63,345 nt of DNA, from NCBI GenBank assembly GCA_046593895.1, contig JBKJQR010000279.1, positions 1 to 63,345 of the forward strand. Direction: 5' to 3'. The notes under the pieces were generated by a model, which did not search any database, had not been told where the DNA came from, and saw only the letters and a list, made by a program, of their open reading frames with translations. Below, one piece after another: positions 20,187 to 28,890 of the stretch (position 1 is the first letter of the stretch; each line of letters begins with the position of its first letter). The DNA comes from Gemmatimonadaceae bacterium (GTDB lineage Bacteria > Gemmatimonadota > Gemmatimonadetes > Gemmatimonadales > Gemmatimonadaceae). A program made the translations under genes and the position numbers.

Positions 20187-21623
20187 GTTGGCGCCGAGGC
20201 TGATGCCCCCCGTCAGCAACCGCCCCCCCACCAACGTCGCAATCTCCTTCCCGGCGCGCTGCACCACGCTCGCGACGTCGCCGAGCAGGCCGCTGATTTC
20301 CACCACCCAGTCGCCGGTCGACCGCGTCGGGAGGTCGCCCTTCAGCGACGTCATGATCCGCCCGCGCAGCCGCAGCGCGATCGGACCGGCGAATTCGATC
20401 GCGTTGAAATGCGGATCGTAGCGCGTGCCCAAACCTTCGATCAGCGATGCGGTGCGCGCGAAGTACACCAGGTCGCTCGGCAGCACGATCGGGGCGTCGA
20501 ACAGCTCGGCGAGCACGCGATCGGCGAGCAGCCGCTCGAGACGCTCGCGGGTGATCGAACGCTCGCCGGCAATCAGCAGGAGCTTGCGCACCAGCTCGAC
20601 GACCACCGCGCGGTCGGAGCCCGGGAGCAGCACGCCTAACGATTCGAACCCGCCAACGATCCCGTCGACGTCGCCGCGGATCGCCGCGAACACCGTCTCG
20701 ACGAGCCGCAGCCGCTGCTCGCGGGGGACGCGCACCGCCATCCCGAAGTCGAGCAGCACGAGTCGCCCATCGGGCGCGACCATCAGGTTGCCCGGATGCG
20801 GATCGGCGTGAAAGAGCCCATCGATCAGCATCATCTGGATGTACATCTCCATTACGGTCGCGACCACCTCGTTGCCGCGCACACGTCCCGACGCGACCCA
20901 GTCGGCGAGCATGTCGATGCGGCGCCCGTCCACGTACTCGAGCACGAGCACCCGCTGCCGCGTCATCTCGTGGTGGACCGCAGGGACGATCACCCGACTG
21001 TTTCCCGCGAAGTTGGCCCGGATCTCGTCGGCGACCGCGGCCTCCTTCCGGAAATCGAGCTCGTCGCCGACGCGCACCGCGAACTCGCCGATCGCCCCCT
21101 GCAGCGCGAGTACATGCCGGTTCGGCCACCGTCTGGCCACCGCGGCGAGAATACGCGACGATGCATGAACATCGATCGCCACCATTTCCTCGACGCGCGG
21201 GCGCAGTACCTTCACGACGACTTCCACACCGCCGAGACTCGCTCGATGCACCTGCCCGAGCGATGCCGCGGCGATCGGAACGCGATCGAATCGCTCGAAC
21301 AGCGTCTCGAGCGGCGCACCGTAGCTTTCGTTGATCGTGCGCTCGATCGCCTCGTACGGGACGGGTGGCACCTGATCGTGCAGTGTACCGAGTGCGGAGA
21401 GGTACGGCTCGGGGACGAGGTCGGCGCGCGCACCGATCACCTGCGCCAGCTTGACGAAGGTCGGGCCGAGGGCGGCGATCAGCGCGACCAGTCGGTCGGC
21501 GCGGCGCTGGTGGAAGAGATGCGAGCGGACGAGCGGGTTGCCTGCTACGATCCAGCGCCGCCGATCGCGCAGAAACGAGAGGACGAAGGGCAGGAGGCGG
21601 AGCGAGACGACGAATGCGCGCAT
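20178..21623 (-). CDS. ubiB: UbiB/ABC1 (AarF-domain) atypical kinase family protein
   Basis: ORF 20178..21656 trimmed to ATG 21623. ABC1 motifs TFVKLAQVIGARADLVPEPY, AAASLGQVHRA and HADPHPGNLMV. Confidence 0.85.
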   Translation of the reverse strand: MRAFVVSLRLLPFVLSFLRDRRRWIVAGNPLVRSHLFHQRRADRLVALIAALGPTFVKLAQVIGARADLVPEPYLSALGTLHDQVPPVPYEAIERTINESYGAPLETLFERFDRVPIAAASLGQVHRASLGGVEVVVKVLRPRVEEMVAIDVHASSRILAAVARRWPNRHVLALQGAIGEFAVRVGDELDFRKEAAVADEIRANFAGNSRVIVPAVHHEMTRQRVLVLEYVDGRRIDMLADWVASGRVRGNEVVATVMEMYIQMMLIDGLFHADPHPGNLMVAPDGRLVLLDFGMAVRVPREQRLRLVETVFAAIRGDVDGIVGGFESLGVLLPGSDRAVVVELVRKLLLIAGERSITRERLERLLADRVLAELFDAPIVLPSDLVYFARTASLIEGLGTRYDPHFNAIEFAGPIALRLRGRIMTSLKGDLPTRSTGDWVVEISGLLGDVASVVQRAGKEIATLVGGRLLTGGISLGANGR

Positions 21624-21649
21624 GATCCTTGAAAGATAGCGACCATCAC

Positions 21650-22252
21650 ATGGCACTCACTCATCTGTTCTTCGACATCGGCGGTGTCCTCGGCAGCAAT
21701 GGCTGGGACCACGAGCAGCGCGCGCGCGCCGACGACCGCTTCGCACTCGGCCCCGAGTTCGAGGCGCGCCACCAGGAGCTGGTTGGCGACTGGGAAATCG
21801 GCCGCCTGACGCTCGACGAATATCTCGACAGCGCGGTCTTCTTTGCGCCACGCTCCTTCACGAAGGCGGAGTTCACCGCCTTCATGTTCGACGAGAGCGA
21901 GCCGTTCGTCGGAACGATCGCCATCGTCGGCGAGGTTGCGGTGCGCGGGAAGGTGACGCTCATGACGCTCAACAACGAGGCGGATGAGCTCAACCGGCAC
22001 CGGATCGCGAAGTTCGGTCTCGAAGGATTGTTCTCCGCCTTTCTGTCGTCCTGCTGGCTCGGGGTGCGCAAGCCGTCGCGGATGATCTTCGAGCGCGCAC
22101 TGGCGATCGCCGGTGCGGAAGCGGCCAACGTGCTGTTCATCGACGACCGCCAGCAGAATCTCGTTCCCGCCGCGGCAGCGGGCTGGGAGACGCACCACTT
22201 CATCGACGCGGCCGGGCTTCGCCGCGATCTCGAAGAATGGGGAATTCTCTGA
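21650..22252 (+). CDS. HAD-superfamily hydrolase
   Basis: Trimmed to ATG 21650. Motif I LFFDIGGVL and a late FIDDRQQN motif. Confidence 0.8.
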   Translation: MALTHLFFDIGGVLGSNGWDHEQRARADDRFALGPEFEARHQELVGDWEIGRLTLDEYLDSAVFFAPRSFTKAEFTAFMFDESEPFVGTIAIVGEVAVRGKVTLMTLNNEADELNRHRIAKFGLEGLFSAFLSSCWLGVRKPSRMIFERALAIAGAEAANVLFIDDRQQNLVPAAAAGWETHHFIDAAGLRRDLEEWGIL

Positions 22253-23088
22253 CGCACGCCGCCGACTCGCTACGACGGCGCTGGCGCGCGACTGCGATCG
22301 CGCTTGTCACGCTCCTCGCGATCGTGCCTAACGCGTGCGTCGTCGTCAGTGGCGATGCAAACGATTCGTCGGCCGCGGCGGTCGCGGTGGTCGACCTCGA
22401 CAGCGCGAACCGCGCCGACAGGGCGCCAGCCGATTCGGCGGCGACCGCGCGCGCCGCGATGCAACTCGCCCGCGACTCGGCCGCGGTGCAGCGGATGAGC
22501 GACTCGGTGCGCAAGGCGATGGCGATGGACTCGATCGCCCCGATCACCCCCGACGAGGTCGCGGCGGTGGCACCGCGAATCGACGATCGGCCCGGTCGGC
22601 GCGACCTGGCCCCCGTCGCAGCCACGCCCGTCGAGATCGCAGCGTTAGGCGCGGCGCTGATGATCCCGGTGCAGGGGATACCGGCCTCCGCCCTCCGCGA
22701 CAGCTACAGCGAGCCGCGCGGCGGCGGTGCGCGCAGCCATCAGGCGATCGACATCCCGGCGCCCCGCGGGACACCGGTGCTCTCGGCCACCGATGGCCAC
22801 GTGCTGCGGAAATATTCGAGCAAGGACGGCGGCCTGATGATCTACGCCGCTGACGCCGGTGAGAAATTCATCCTCATGTATGCGCATCTCGACCGCTACG
22901 CCGACGGACTCACCGACAGCCTGACGCTGCGAAAGGGGGAGATCATCGGCTACGTCGGCACCACCGGCAACGCCCCGCCTGACGTGCCACACCTGCACTT
23001 CGCGCTGGCCCGCGCCGCCGACATCCGCGACTGGTGGAAGGGAACGCCGATCAACCCGTTCCCGCTGCTGGCCGCGCACGGCAGGTGA
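22237..23088 (+). CDS. M23-family metallopeptidase (LytM-type) with N-terminal membrane anchor or lipoprotein signal
   Basis: HQAIDIPAPRGTPVLSATDGHV...YAHL...GTTGNAPPDVPHLHFAL (HxxxD / HxH zinc ligand pattern). Confidence 0.85.
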   Translation: MGNSLTHAADSLRRRWRATAIALVTLLAIVPNACVVVSGDANDSSAAAVAVVDLDSANRADRAPADSAATARAAMQLARDSAAVQRMSDSVRKAMAMDSIAPITPDEVAAVAPRIDDRPGRRDLAPVAATPVEIAALGAALMIPVQGIPASALRDSYSEPRGGGARSHQAIDIPAPRGTPVLSATDGHVLRKYSSKDGGLMIYAADAGEKFILMYAHLDRYADGLTDSLTLRKGEIIGYVGTTGNAPPDVPHLHFALARAADIRDWWKGTPINPFPLLAAHGR

Positions 23089-23182
23089 GCGTTGAGCCCC
23101 GCGTGAACTGCTGTTGAACCGCGCGTAACCACGGCCCGGGTCGTTCGTTGTGCTGTCAGCATCCCGGCAGAGGCGTGGTTGT

Positions 23183-23381
23183 CTGGGGAGGCACCGAGGT
23201 CTGGAGACACCGAGGACTGCTCTTCGAGCGACCACCGCTCCGGCCTGGCCGTGAACTGCATTGGGGCAAGCGGGGCAAGACGATCTCGCCTACTTACCCC
23301 CCACCAGTTCGACCATGGTGCGAAAAACTCAGCTTCACGGGCAGTCCTCGGTGTCTCGGTAGTACTCGGTGATCTCCCCAG
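23183..23381. repeat. About 200-bp element bounded by about 40-nt imperfect inverted repeats (candidate structured RNA or MITE-like remnant)
   Basis: Arm 23183-23220 (ctggggag gcaccgag ... gagacaccgaggactgc) pairs with arm 23341-23381. It includes a perfect 17-nt block and an 8-nt terminal block. CACCGAG/CTCGGTG is reiterated 5 times. It lies in a 370-bp gap between convergent genes. Confidence 0.5.
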
Positions 23382-23439
23382 GCAGCAGTTGCACCATCTC
23401 CCCTGCTCACTCAGCCGTCATTCGCCAAACGACGTCAAA

Positions 23440-23467
23440 CGTAAGGCAGCAGCGCCGCTGCCTAACG
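23440..23467 (-). terminator. Hairpin built from an inverted pair of the octamer at the 3-prime end of the ligase gene
   Basis: CGTaAGGCAGC - agcgcc - GCTGCCTAACG gives 10 of 11 bp pairing. The right arm contains the ligase stop codon (23462-23464). No clear U-tract. Confidence 0.4.
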
Positions 23468-24493
23468 GAGCAACTTCATCGCCGAGCGGCCTTCCTGTTC
23501 GAGCTGGGCGATGGTGCACTGGCGCGGGGCCTTGTCGGGACGCCAGCGGAGGAACGACGTTCCGTGCCGGAAGCGCCCGCCGGAGAAATGATCGTAGCGC
23601 ACCTCGAGCACGAGCTTCGGCGCCAGGGGCTGCCATTCGCTGCTGCGCTCAGTGCTCCATCGGCTCGGCCCGCCCGGCGCCTGGCCGGTGAACCCCGGTG
23701 CCTTGACCAGCTTCTCGAGCTTCGCGGTCAGTGGCTTTTTCTCGTCGGCCGGGATGTTCGAGGTGAAACCGACGTGGTGCAGCAGGCCACCGTCGTCGTA
23801 GAGGCCGAGCAGCAGCGAGCCGACGACCTTTCCCTTCGATGCGTAGCGAAAGCCGCCGACCACGCATTCGGCGGTGCGATGGTGTTTCATCTTCTCCATC
23901 CCCACACGCGTGCCGCTCTGGTACGGAAGGTCGAGCCGCTTCGCGATGACACCGTCGAGCCCACCGCCCACCGAGCGAAACCACTTCTTCACCGTCGCCA
24001 TCGACGATGTCGATGGCGACAGGCGAAGCCGACCACCCTTTGTGACGAGCGGCGTCATGAACGCCTCGAGCGCGTTGCGCCGCTCGTCGCGCGTCAGGCC
24101 GGTGAGCGACTTGCCGCGGGCGTCGACGAGCAGGTCGAAGGCGATGAAGGTGGCCGGGTGCGAAGCGGCCAGCATCTCGACGCGGCTCTTCGCCGGGTGG
24201 ATGCGCTGCAGCAACTGGTCGAAGTCGATCGCGCCGTCGACGGTCACGACGATCTCACCGTCGAGCACGAAGCGCTTCGCCTTCAGCGACTGCAGTAGCG
24301 CGACGACGTCGGGGAAATAGCGGGCGAGCGGTTTCCCCGCCTTCGACATCAGCTCCACCTTGTCGCCGTCGCGAAAGGCGAGACAGCGGAAACCATCCCA
24401 CTTCGGCTCGTACTGCCATTGCTTGCCGGTGGGCAGCGCCTCGACGAGGCGCGCTTCCATCGGCGGATAGCTCCGCGGAATCGGAAGACTCAT
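23462..24493 (-). CDS. ATP-dependent DNA ligase (ligase domain only, LigC/LigD-lig type)
   Basis: Adenylation motif I in YEPKWDGFRCLAFRDG, plus further nucleotidyltransferase and OB-fold motifs (LDGEIVV, FDLL, EGVIAKR-like DGVIAKRL, LLLGLYD). Confidence 0.9.
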   Translation of the reverse strand: MSLPIPRSYPPMEARLVEALPTGKQWQYEPKWDGFRCLAFRDGDKVELMSKAGKPLARYFPDVVALLQSLKAKRFVLDGEIVVTVDGAIDFDQLLQRIHPAKSRVEMLAASHPATFIAFDLLVDARGKSLTGLTRDERRNALEAFMTPLVTKGGRLRLSPSTSSMATVKKWFRSVGGGLDGVIAKRLDLPYQSGTRVGMEKMKHHRTAECVVGGFRYASKGKVVGSLLLGLYDDGGLLHHVGFTSNIPADEKKPLTAKLEKLVKAPGFTGQAPGGPSRWSTERSSEWQPLAPKLVLEVRYDHFSGGRFRHGTSFLRWRPDKAPRQCTIAQLEQEGRSAMKLLR

Positions 24494-24593
24494 CGGATCC
24501 GTTCCAGCTGTGTGGGACGCTTGCCGCTCGCTGCGCCCTCGATCGGGATGTACTCGAGTGCCGTGCCTTGCCGGCTATTCGCCGGTCGCGACG

Positions 24594-24806
24594 TCAGTGG
24601 CCGGCGATCGGGACGATGCGCGCGAGCATGACACGCGCTTCGTTGCGCTCGTCGTCGGCGAACAGCTCGTGTGCCTTGGCGGCGCGATACGAGGCGAGCA
24701 CTTCGTCGCACAGTTCACGCAGGTGGTGACGGGTGCGACGATTGTCAGGAACGGCGCGCGGCCCGTTGCTGCTTCCGTCGGCAGGCGAAACGATGAGTAT
24801 GGACAT
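24594..24806 (-). CDS. Small hypothetical protein upstream of the ligase
   Basis: ORF 24594..24842 trimmed to ATG 24806 (MSILIVSPADGSSNG...). I recognise no family. It is on the same strand, 100 nt upstream of the ligase. Confidence 0.35.
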   Translation of the reverse strand: MSILIVSPADGSSNGPRAVPDNRRTRHHLRELCDEVLASYRAAKAHELFADDERNEARVMLARIVPIAGH

Positions 24807-24964
24807 CGGTGTGCGATTCGGTTGATGAGCGTTCGAAGGCAATCGAGCACGCCGGCCCCGGCGCGCTGGTGGCGCCGATGTAAGGCACGCCGCGTGCCGC
24901 TCCGCATTCCCCCATCCTGCGGCTCGCGGGAACGCCCGACAGTCGCGTTACATTCAACCGCCTG

Positions 24965-26188
24965 ATGGCAGACACCGCGAACAGTTCGTCCAACCGCGCC
25001 CGCAGCAGCACCGCACCGGCACCGCGCCCGGGACGTTTCGGCCAGCGGTTTCTCACCTACCAGATCGCGGCCTGGCTGACGCTGCTCGCGCTGACCATCA
25101 GGCGCCCGCTCGCGACAATTGGCGTGCTGCTGCTCTGCGCGTACGTGACGGTTCCGGCGGTACTCCTTTTCCGCTGGCGCGGCTGGCCGTTCTATCCCCG
25201 CGCGTTGTTCCGGATCCTTGTCGTGCGCGCCGTGATCTACGCGCAACTCCTGCTGCCGATCGTGTCAGGCGCCGCGCTGCTCGGCATTGCCGCTGGCGCG
25301 CTGGTCCACGCGCCGCTGGCCGGTGGACGATGGGCCGCTGCCGTCGCATTCGCGCTCGCCGCGATCATCCTGATTGCCGGCTACATCGGGTCGCTCACCC
25401 TCGCCGTACGCGAGATCGAGGCGTGCATCGAGTCGCTCCCCGAGGGACTCGACGGGCTGCGCATCGTGCAGATCTCCGATCTCCACGTCGGACCGCAGAC
25501 CCCGCGCTGGTTTCTCGCGCGCGTGCGTCGGGCAGTGGACGCGCTCCGCGCCGACCTGATCGCCGCGACCGGTGACCTGATCGACGACCGCTCGGAGGAC
25601 GTCGTGCACTACGCCGCTGCGTTCGGATCGTTGCGCGCGCCGCTCGGCGTCTTCGCGATCGCGGGGAATCACGACGTGTACGCCGGTCTGGAGGCCGTCG
25701 AGCGCGAGCTGCGCGGCCAGACCGGGATGATCGTGCTGGTGAACGAGTCGCGCGTCGTCGAGCGAAACGGCGCGCGCCTAACGGTAGCCGGTGTCGGCGA
25801 CCCGGCCGGTCGCGGGCGGCGACCCGGTGGCGGTGGGATGTCGCGCGTCGCGCCCGACGTCCCGCGGGCCCTCTCCGCCGCGCCGCGCGACGTGCCGGTG
25901 CTGGCGCTCGCCCACAACCCCGCGCTCTGGCCCGAGCTCGCCGCGGCCGGCGTCGCCCTCACGCTCAGCGGACACACACACTGGGGACAGTTCGCCCTTC
26001 CCGGCTTCGGCTGGAGCCTGGTCACCCCGTTCCTGAAGCACGCGATGGGCGCGTATCGTGAGGGCACGTCGCTGCTCTACGTCCATCCGGGAACGGGCTA
26101 CTGGGGAATACCATTCCGGATCGGCGCCCGGCCCGCGGTCACGGCGATCGTGCTCCGGCGTTCCACCGAAACCGCCATCGTCGAATGA
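24965..26188 (+). CDS. Membrane-anchored metallophosphoesterase
   Basis: N-terminal TM helices followed by calcineurin-like motifs IVQISDLHVGP, ATGDLID, GNHD and GHTH. Confidence 0.85.
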   Translation: MADTANSSSNRARSSTAPAPRPGRFGQRFLTYQIAAWLTLLALTIRRPLATIGVLLLCAYVTVPAVLLFRWRGWPFYPRALFRILVVRAVIYAQLLLPIVSGAALLGIAAGALVHAPLAGGRWAAAVAFALAAIILIAGYIGSLTLAVREIEACIESLPEGLDGLRIVQISDLHVGPQTPRWFLARVRRAVDALRADLIAATGDLIDDRSEDVVHYAAAFGSLRAPLGVFAIAGNHDVYAGLEAVERELRGQTGMIVLVNESRVVERNGARLTVAGVGDPAGRGRRPGGGGMSRVAPDVPRALSAAPRDVPVLALAHNPALWPELAAAGVALTLSGHTHWGQFALPGFGWSLVTPFLKHAMGAYREGTSLLYVHPGTGYWGIPFRIGARPAVTAIVLRRSTETAIVE

Positions 26189-26469
26189 CCACACCAGCAA
26201 TCCATCACGACGCCGCGCAATCCCGATTCGCGACCAGCACCGACGCCGGCGAGGCGGTGCTCGAGTATATCCGCAACGGACAGCGCATCACCTTCACCCA
26301 CACCGGCGTCCCCCCCGAGGCGGAGGGAAGGGGAGTGGGAAGCGCACTCGCCAAGGTGGGACTGGACTACGCCCGCAGCGAAGGCCTGCGTGTCCGGGCG
26401 GCCTGTCCGTTCGTCGCCGCCTTCGTGAAAAACCATCCGGAGTATCAGGACCTCATCGAAGCGCGTTAG
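26185..26469 (+). CDS. Small GNAT-like acetyltransferase-fold protein (YjdJ-like)
   Basis: ATGA overlap with the upstream gene. 94 aa. FTHTGVPPEAEGRGVGSALAKVGLDYARSEGLRVRAACPFV is typical of the short GNAT-like family. Confidence 0.7.
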   Translation: MTTPAIHHDAAQSRFATSTDAGEAVLEYIRNGQRITFTHTGVPPEAEGRGVGSALAKVGLDYARSEGLRVRAACPFVAAFVKNHPEYQDLIEAR

Positions 26470-26581
26470 CGCCGCGTCACGCAGCGATGCTGTAGCGAGC
26501 CGAGCACTGTCGCGTGTACGCTTCTTGCCCCCTGTCACCGGGCTGGACCCACCAACCCCGGATCCCCGCAGGAGGTACGAA

Positions 26582-27196
26582 ATGCTCAGCACCCGAATGA
26601 ATCGCCTTGCCCTGGTCGGCGGCGCCCTCGCGATGATGGCGTGCGCGAAGGAGAAGAGCACGACCACCGACAGCGCGGCTGGCGCGATGACTCCGACCGA
26701 CTCGTCGGCGATGATGGCGAACAAGCCCGCCGCCACTCCCGCGATGGCCGACGCGAACATCGTAGCCTATCTCGATGCCGTGAACATGGCCGACAGCTCC
26801 GGCGGCAAGGTCGCGTCGACGAAGGGGACGAACAAGGCGGTACGCGATTACGGGATGATGATGGTGCGCGACCACCACGCATGGCGCATGGACGGAATGG
26901 CGCTGGCGAAGAAGGAGAACATCACCCCGGCGCCCGCCGCCAGCGACACGACGAAGCAGATGGCCGAGCACATGATGTCGTCGATGGCATCAATGGCCAA
27001 GGGAGCCGCGTGGGACAAGGCGTACATCGACGCTGAAGTTGCCGATCATCAGGAAGTGCTCAACAACGCAAAGGCAGCGCACGATGAGACCCAGAACGCT
27101 GCGCTCAAGGCGTTGATCGAGAAGGCGACCCCCGGCGTCCAGAAGCACCTCGATCGGGCGAAGGACATCCAGAAGATGCTGACTCCGGCGACCTGA
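26582..27196 (+). CDS. DUF4142-family lipoprotein
   Basis: Trimmed to ATG 26582, preceded by AGGAGG. Lipobox ALAMMAC. Repeated four-helix-like units with DHHAW and VADHQEVL patterns. Confidence 0.75.
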   Translation: MLSTRMNRLALVGGALAMMACAKEKSTTTDSAAGAMTPTDSSAMMANKPAATPAMADANIVAYLDAVNMADSSGGKVASTKGTNKAVRDYGMMMVRDHHAWRMDGMALAKKENITPAPAASDTTKQMAEHMMSSMASMAKGAAWDKAYIDAEVADHQEVLNNAKAAHDETQNAALKALIEKATPGVQKHLDRAKDIQKMLTPAT

Positions 27197-27250
27197 CCGC
27201 GGCGCGCCGACCATCACGTTACGCATGTCGAGCGTGGAGCCCGTCGACGG

Positions 27251-27925
27251 ATGATCAGCACCGTGCTGCTCGACGTCGACGGGACCCTGATCGACAGCAA
27301 CGAGGCGCATGCCCGGGCATGGGCCGACACCTTGCGCGCGCACGGCTGGAACGAGGTGACTTGGCAGGCGATCCTCCCGCTGATCGGGATGGGTGGTGAC
27401 AAGCTCCTGCCGAAGGTCATCGGGATCGAGGCCGACTCGGCGCGCGGCAAGGCGTTGAGCACCGAGCGCAGCGAGCATTTCCTCACCGCGTATGCGCCGA
27501 CCATCCGCGCCTTCCCGAAGACGCGGGAGTTGCTCGAGATCTTTCGCGATCGCGGCTTGAAGCGCGTGATCGCGACCTCGGCCGGTGAAGACGAACTGGC
27601 CGTATTGCTCGAGCGCGCCGGGGTGGCCGACCTGATCACCCGCGCGACGACCAGCGACGACGCAAAGGGCAAGTCCAAGCCCGATCCGAACATCATTCTC
27701 GCCGCGCTGGCCAAGGCGCATTCGGCACCCGGCGACGCGATCATGATCGGCGACACGCCCTACGACGTCGAGGCCGCGCGAAAGGCTGGCGTCGGCACGA
27801 TTGCGCTCCGCTGCGGCGGCTGGGGCGACGAGCCCCTGGGCGGCGCGCTGGCGATTTACGCCAACCCGGCGGAGCTGCTGGCCCGCCTCGATGACTCGCC
27901 GTTAGGCGACAAGAGCAGCTACTAG
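27251..27925 (+). CDS. HAD-superfamily phosphatase (PGP-like)
   Basis: Motif I VLLDVDGTLIDS, motif II ATSAG, and motif III/IV KGKSKPDP...IGDTPYDVEAA. Confidence 0.85.
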   Translation: MISTVLLDVDGTLIDSNEAHARAWADTLRAHGWNEVTWQAILPLIGMGGDKLLPKVIGIEADSARGKALSTERSEHFLTAYAPTIRAFPKTRELLEIFRDRGLKRVIATSAGEDELAVLLERAGVADLITRATTSDDAKGKSKPDPNIILAALAKAHSAPGDAIMIGDTPYDVEAARKAGVGTIALRCGGWGDEPLGGALAIYANPAELLARLDDSPLGDKSSY

Positions 27926-27950
27926 CCATTAGCGGTCAGCCATTAGCGGT
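27924..27950. repeat. Direct repeat AGCCATTAGCGGT x2 (14-bp period)
   Basis: Copies at 27924-27936 and 27938-27950. They overlap the stop of the HAD gene and lie about 175 bp upstream of the Gly-zipper protein gene. Confidence 0.7.
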
Positions 27951-28122
27951 ACACGCTGCTCGGCGGCGCTCGGTGTCGCAACGCCCGCCGTTGCTCAACG
28001 CCAACGGCTGAAGGCTGACGGCTTCGGACTTATCGATATGAGAGGAGCACGCTGGCACGGCGACTGCCTTATAACGGGGAGGATTCACCCAGACGGACAA
28101 CCCGAAGGCGGAGGAGCAGCAC

Positions 28123-28620
28123 ATGGACAGCTTCGAGAAGAGCGAACGCGGCGACAAGACGATCGGCAGTTCGCATAGCGACGCGAATCGCGATCCGATC
28201 AGCGGCGCGCCGGGTGCGCATCCCGTAGGGACAGGGCTTGGCGCTGGGGGCGGCGCGGCGGCCGGCGCGGCGATCGGCGCGATCGGGGGGCCGGTCGGTG
28301 CGCTGGTCGGCGGTGCGATCGGCGCGGTGGCCGGCGGTCTCGCCGGAAAGGGCGCGGCCGAAGCAATCAATCCGACCATCGAAGACGGATTCTGGCGCGA
28401 GAACTACGCAAAGCGCTCCTACGCCGCCGCCGATCGCGGCTACGAGTACTACCAGCCCGCCTACAAGTACGGCTGGGAATCCCGCGCCAGGCATGGCGGC
28501 AAGGAATTCGATTCCGTGGTCGGCGACCTGCAGAAGGGCTGGGACAAGGCGCGCGGTGCCTCGAAGATGGAATGGAACGAAGCGCGCAGCCCTGTAAGCG
28601 ACGCCTGGCACCGCACCTAG
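28123..28620 (+). CDS. Glycine-zipper, Tyr/Trp-rich stress-type protein (hypothetical)
   Basis: GGAGGAG RBS 7 nt upstream. Gly/Ala zipper GAGGGAAAGAAIGAIGGPVGALVGGAIGAVAGGLAG, then an aromatic-rich C-terminal domain. Confidence 0.6.
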   Translation: MDSFEKSERGDKTIGSSHSDANRDPISGAPGAHPVGTGLGAGGGAAAGAAIGAIGGPVGALVGGAIGAVAGGLAGKGAAEAINPTIEDGFWRENYAKRSYAAADRGYEYYQPAYKYGWESRARHGGKEFDSVVGDLQKGWDKARGASKMEWNEARSPVSDAWHRT

Positions 28621-28842
28621 CGGCCGTCCCTGACCGTCAGGCCGATCGCCCACCGTTAGGCGGGCGGAAGCGCCAGCAGGGCAGCAGTCAGCGAGCGGCA
28701 TCGAGGGTGGACCCCGCGATGCCGTTTCGCCGTTTTTCCGGTTCGTTCATCGAGCACGCCCCATCTCCTACTCTCGTTACCCCGTTCCTTGCTGTTTCGA
28801 GTCCGTCGTGCATCCCGCCCCCGTCATAAACAGATGGAGTAT

Positions 28843-28883
28843 GTAAGTACCTACTTGCTTGAATCGCCCGCCGGTAGTAGCAT
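28843..28883 (+). promoter_or_regulatory. Candidate TetR operator overlapping a promoter for a leaderless tetR transcript
   Basis: Dyad GTAAGTA-CC-TACTTGC (28843-28858) overlaps TTGCTT (28855-28860), a 17 nt spacer and TAGCAT (28878-28883). The ATG at 28891 starts 8 nt after the -10. Confidence 0.45.
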
Positions 28884-28890
28884 TCGCGCC

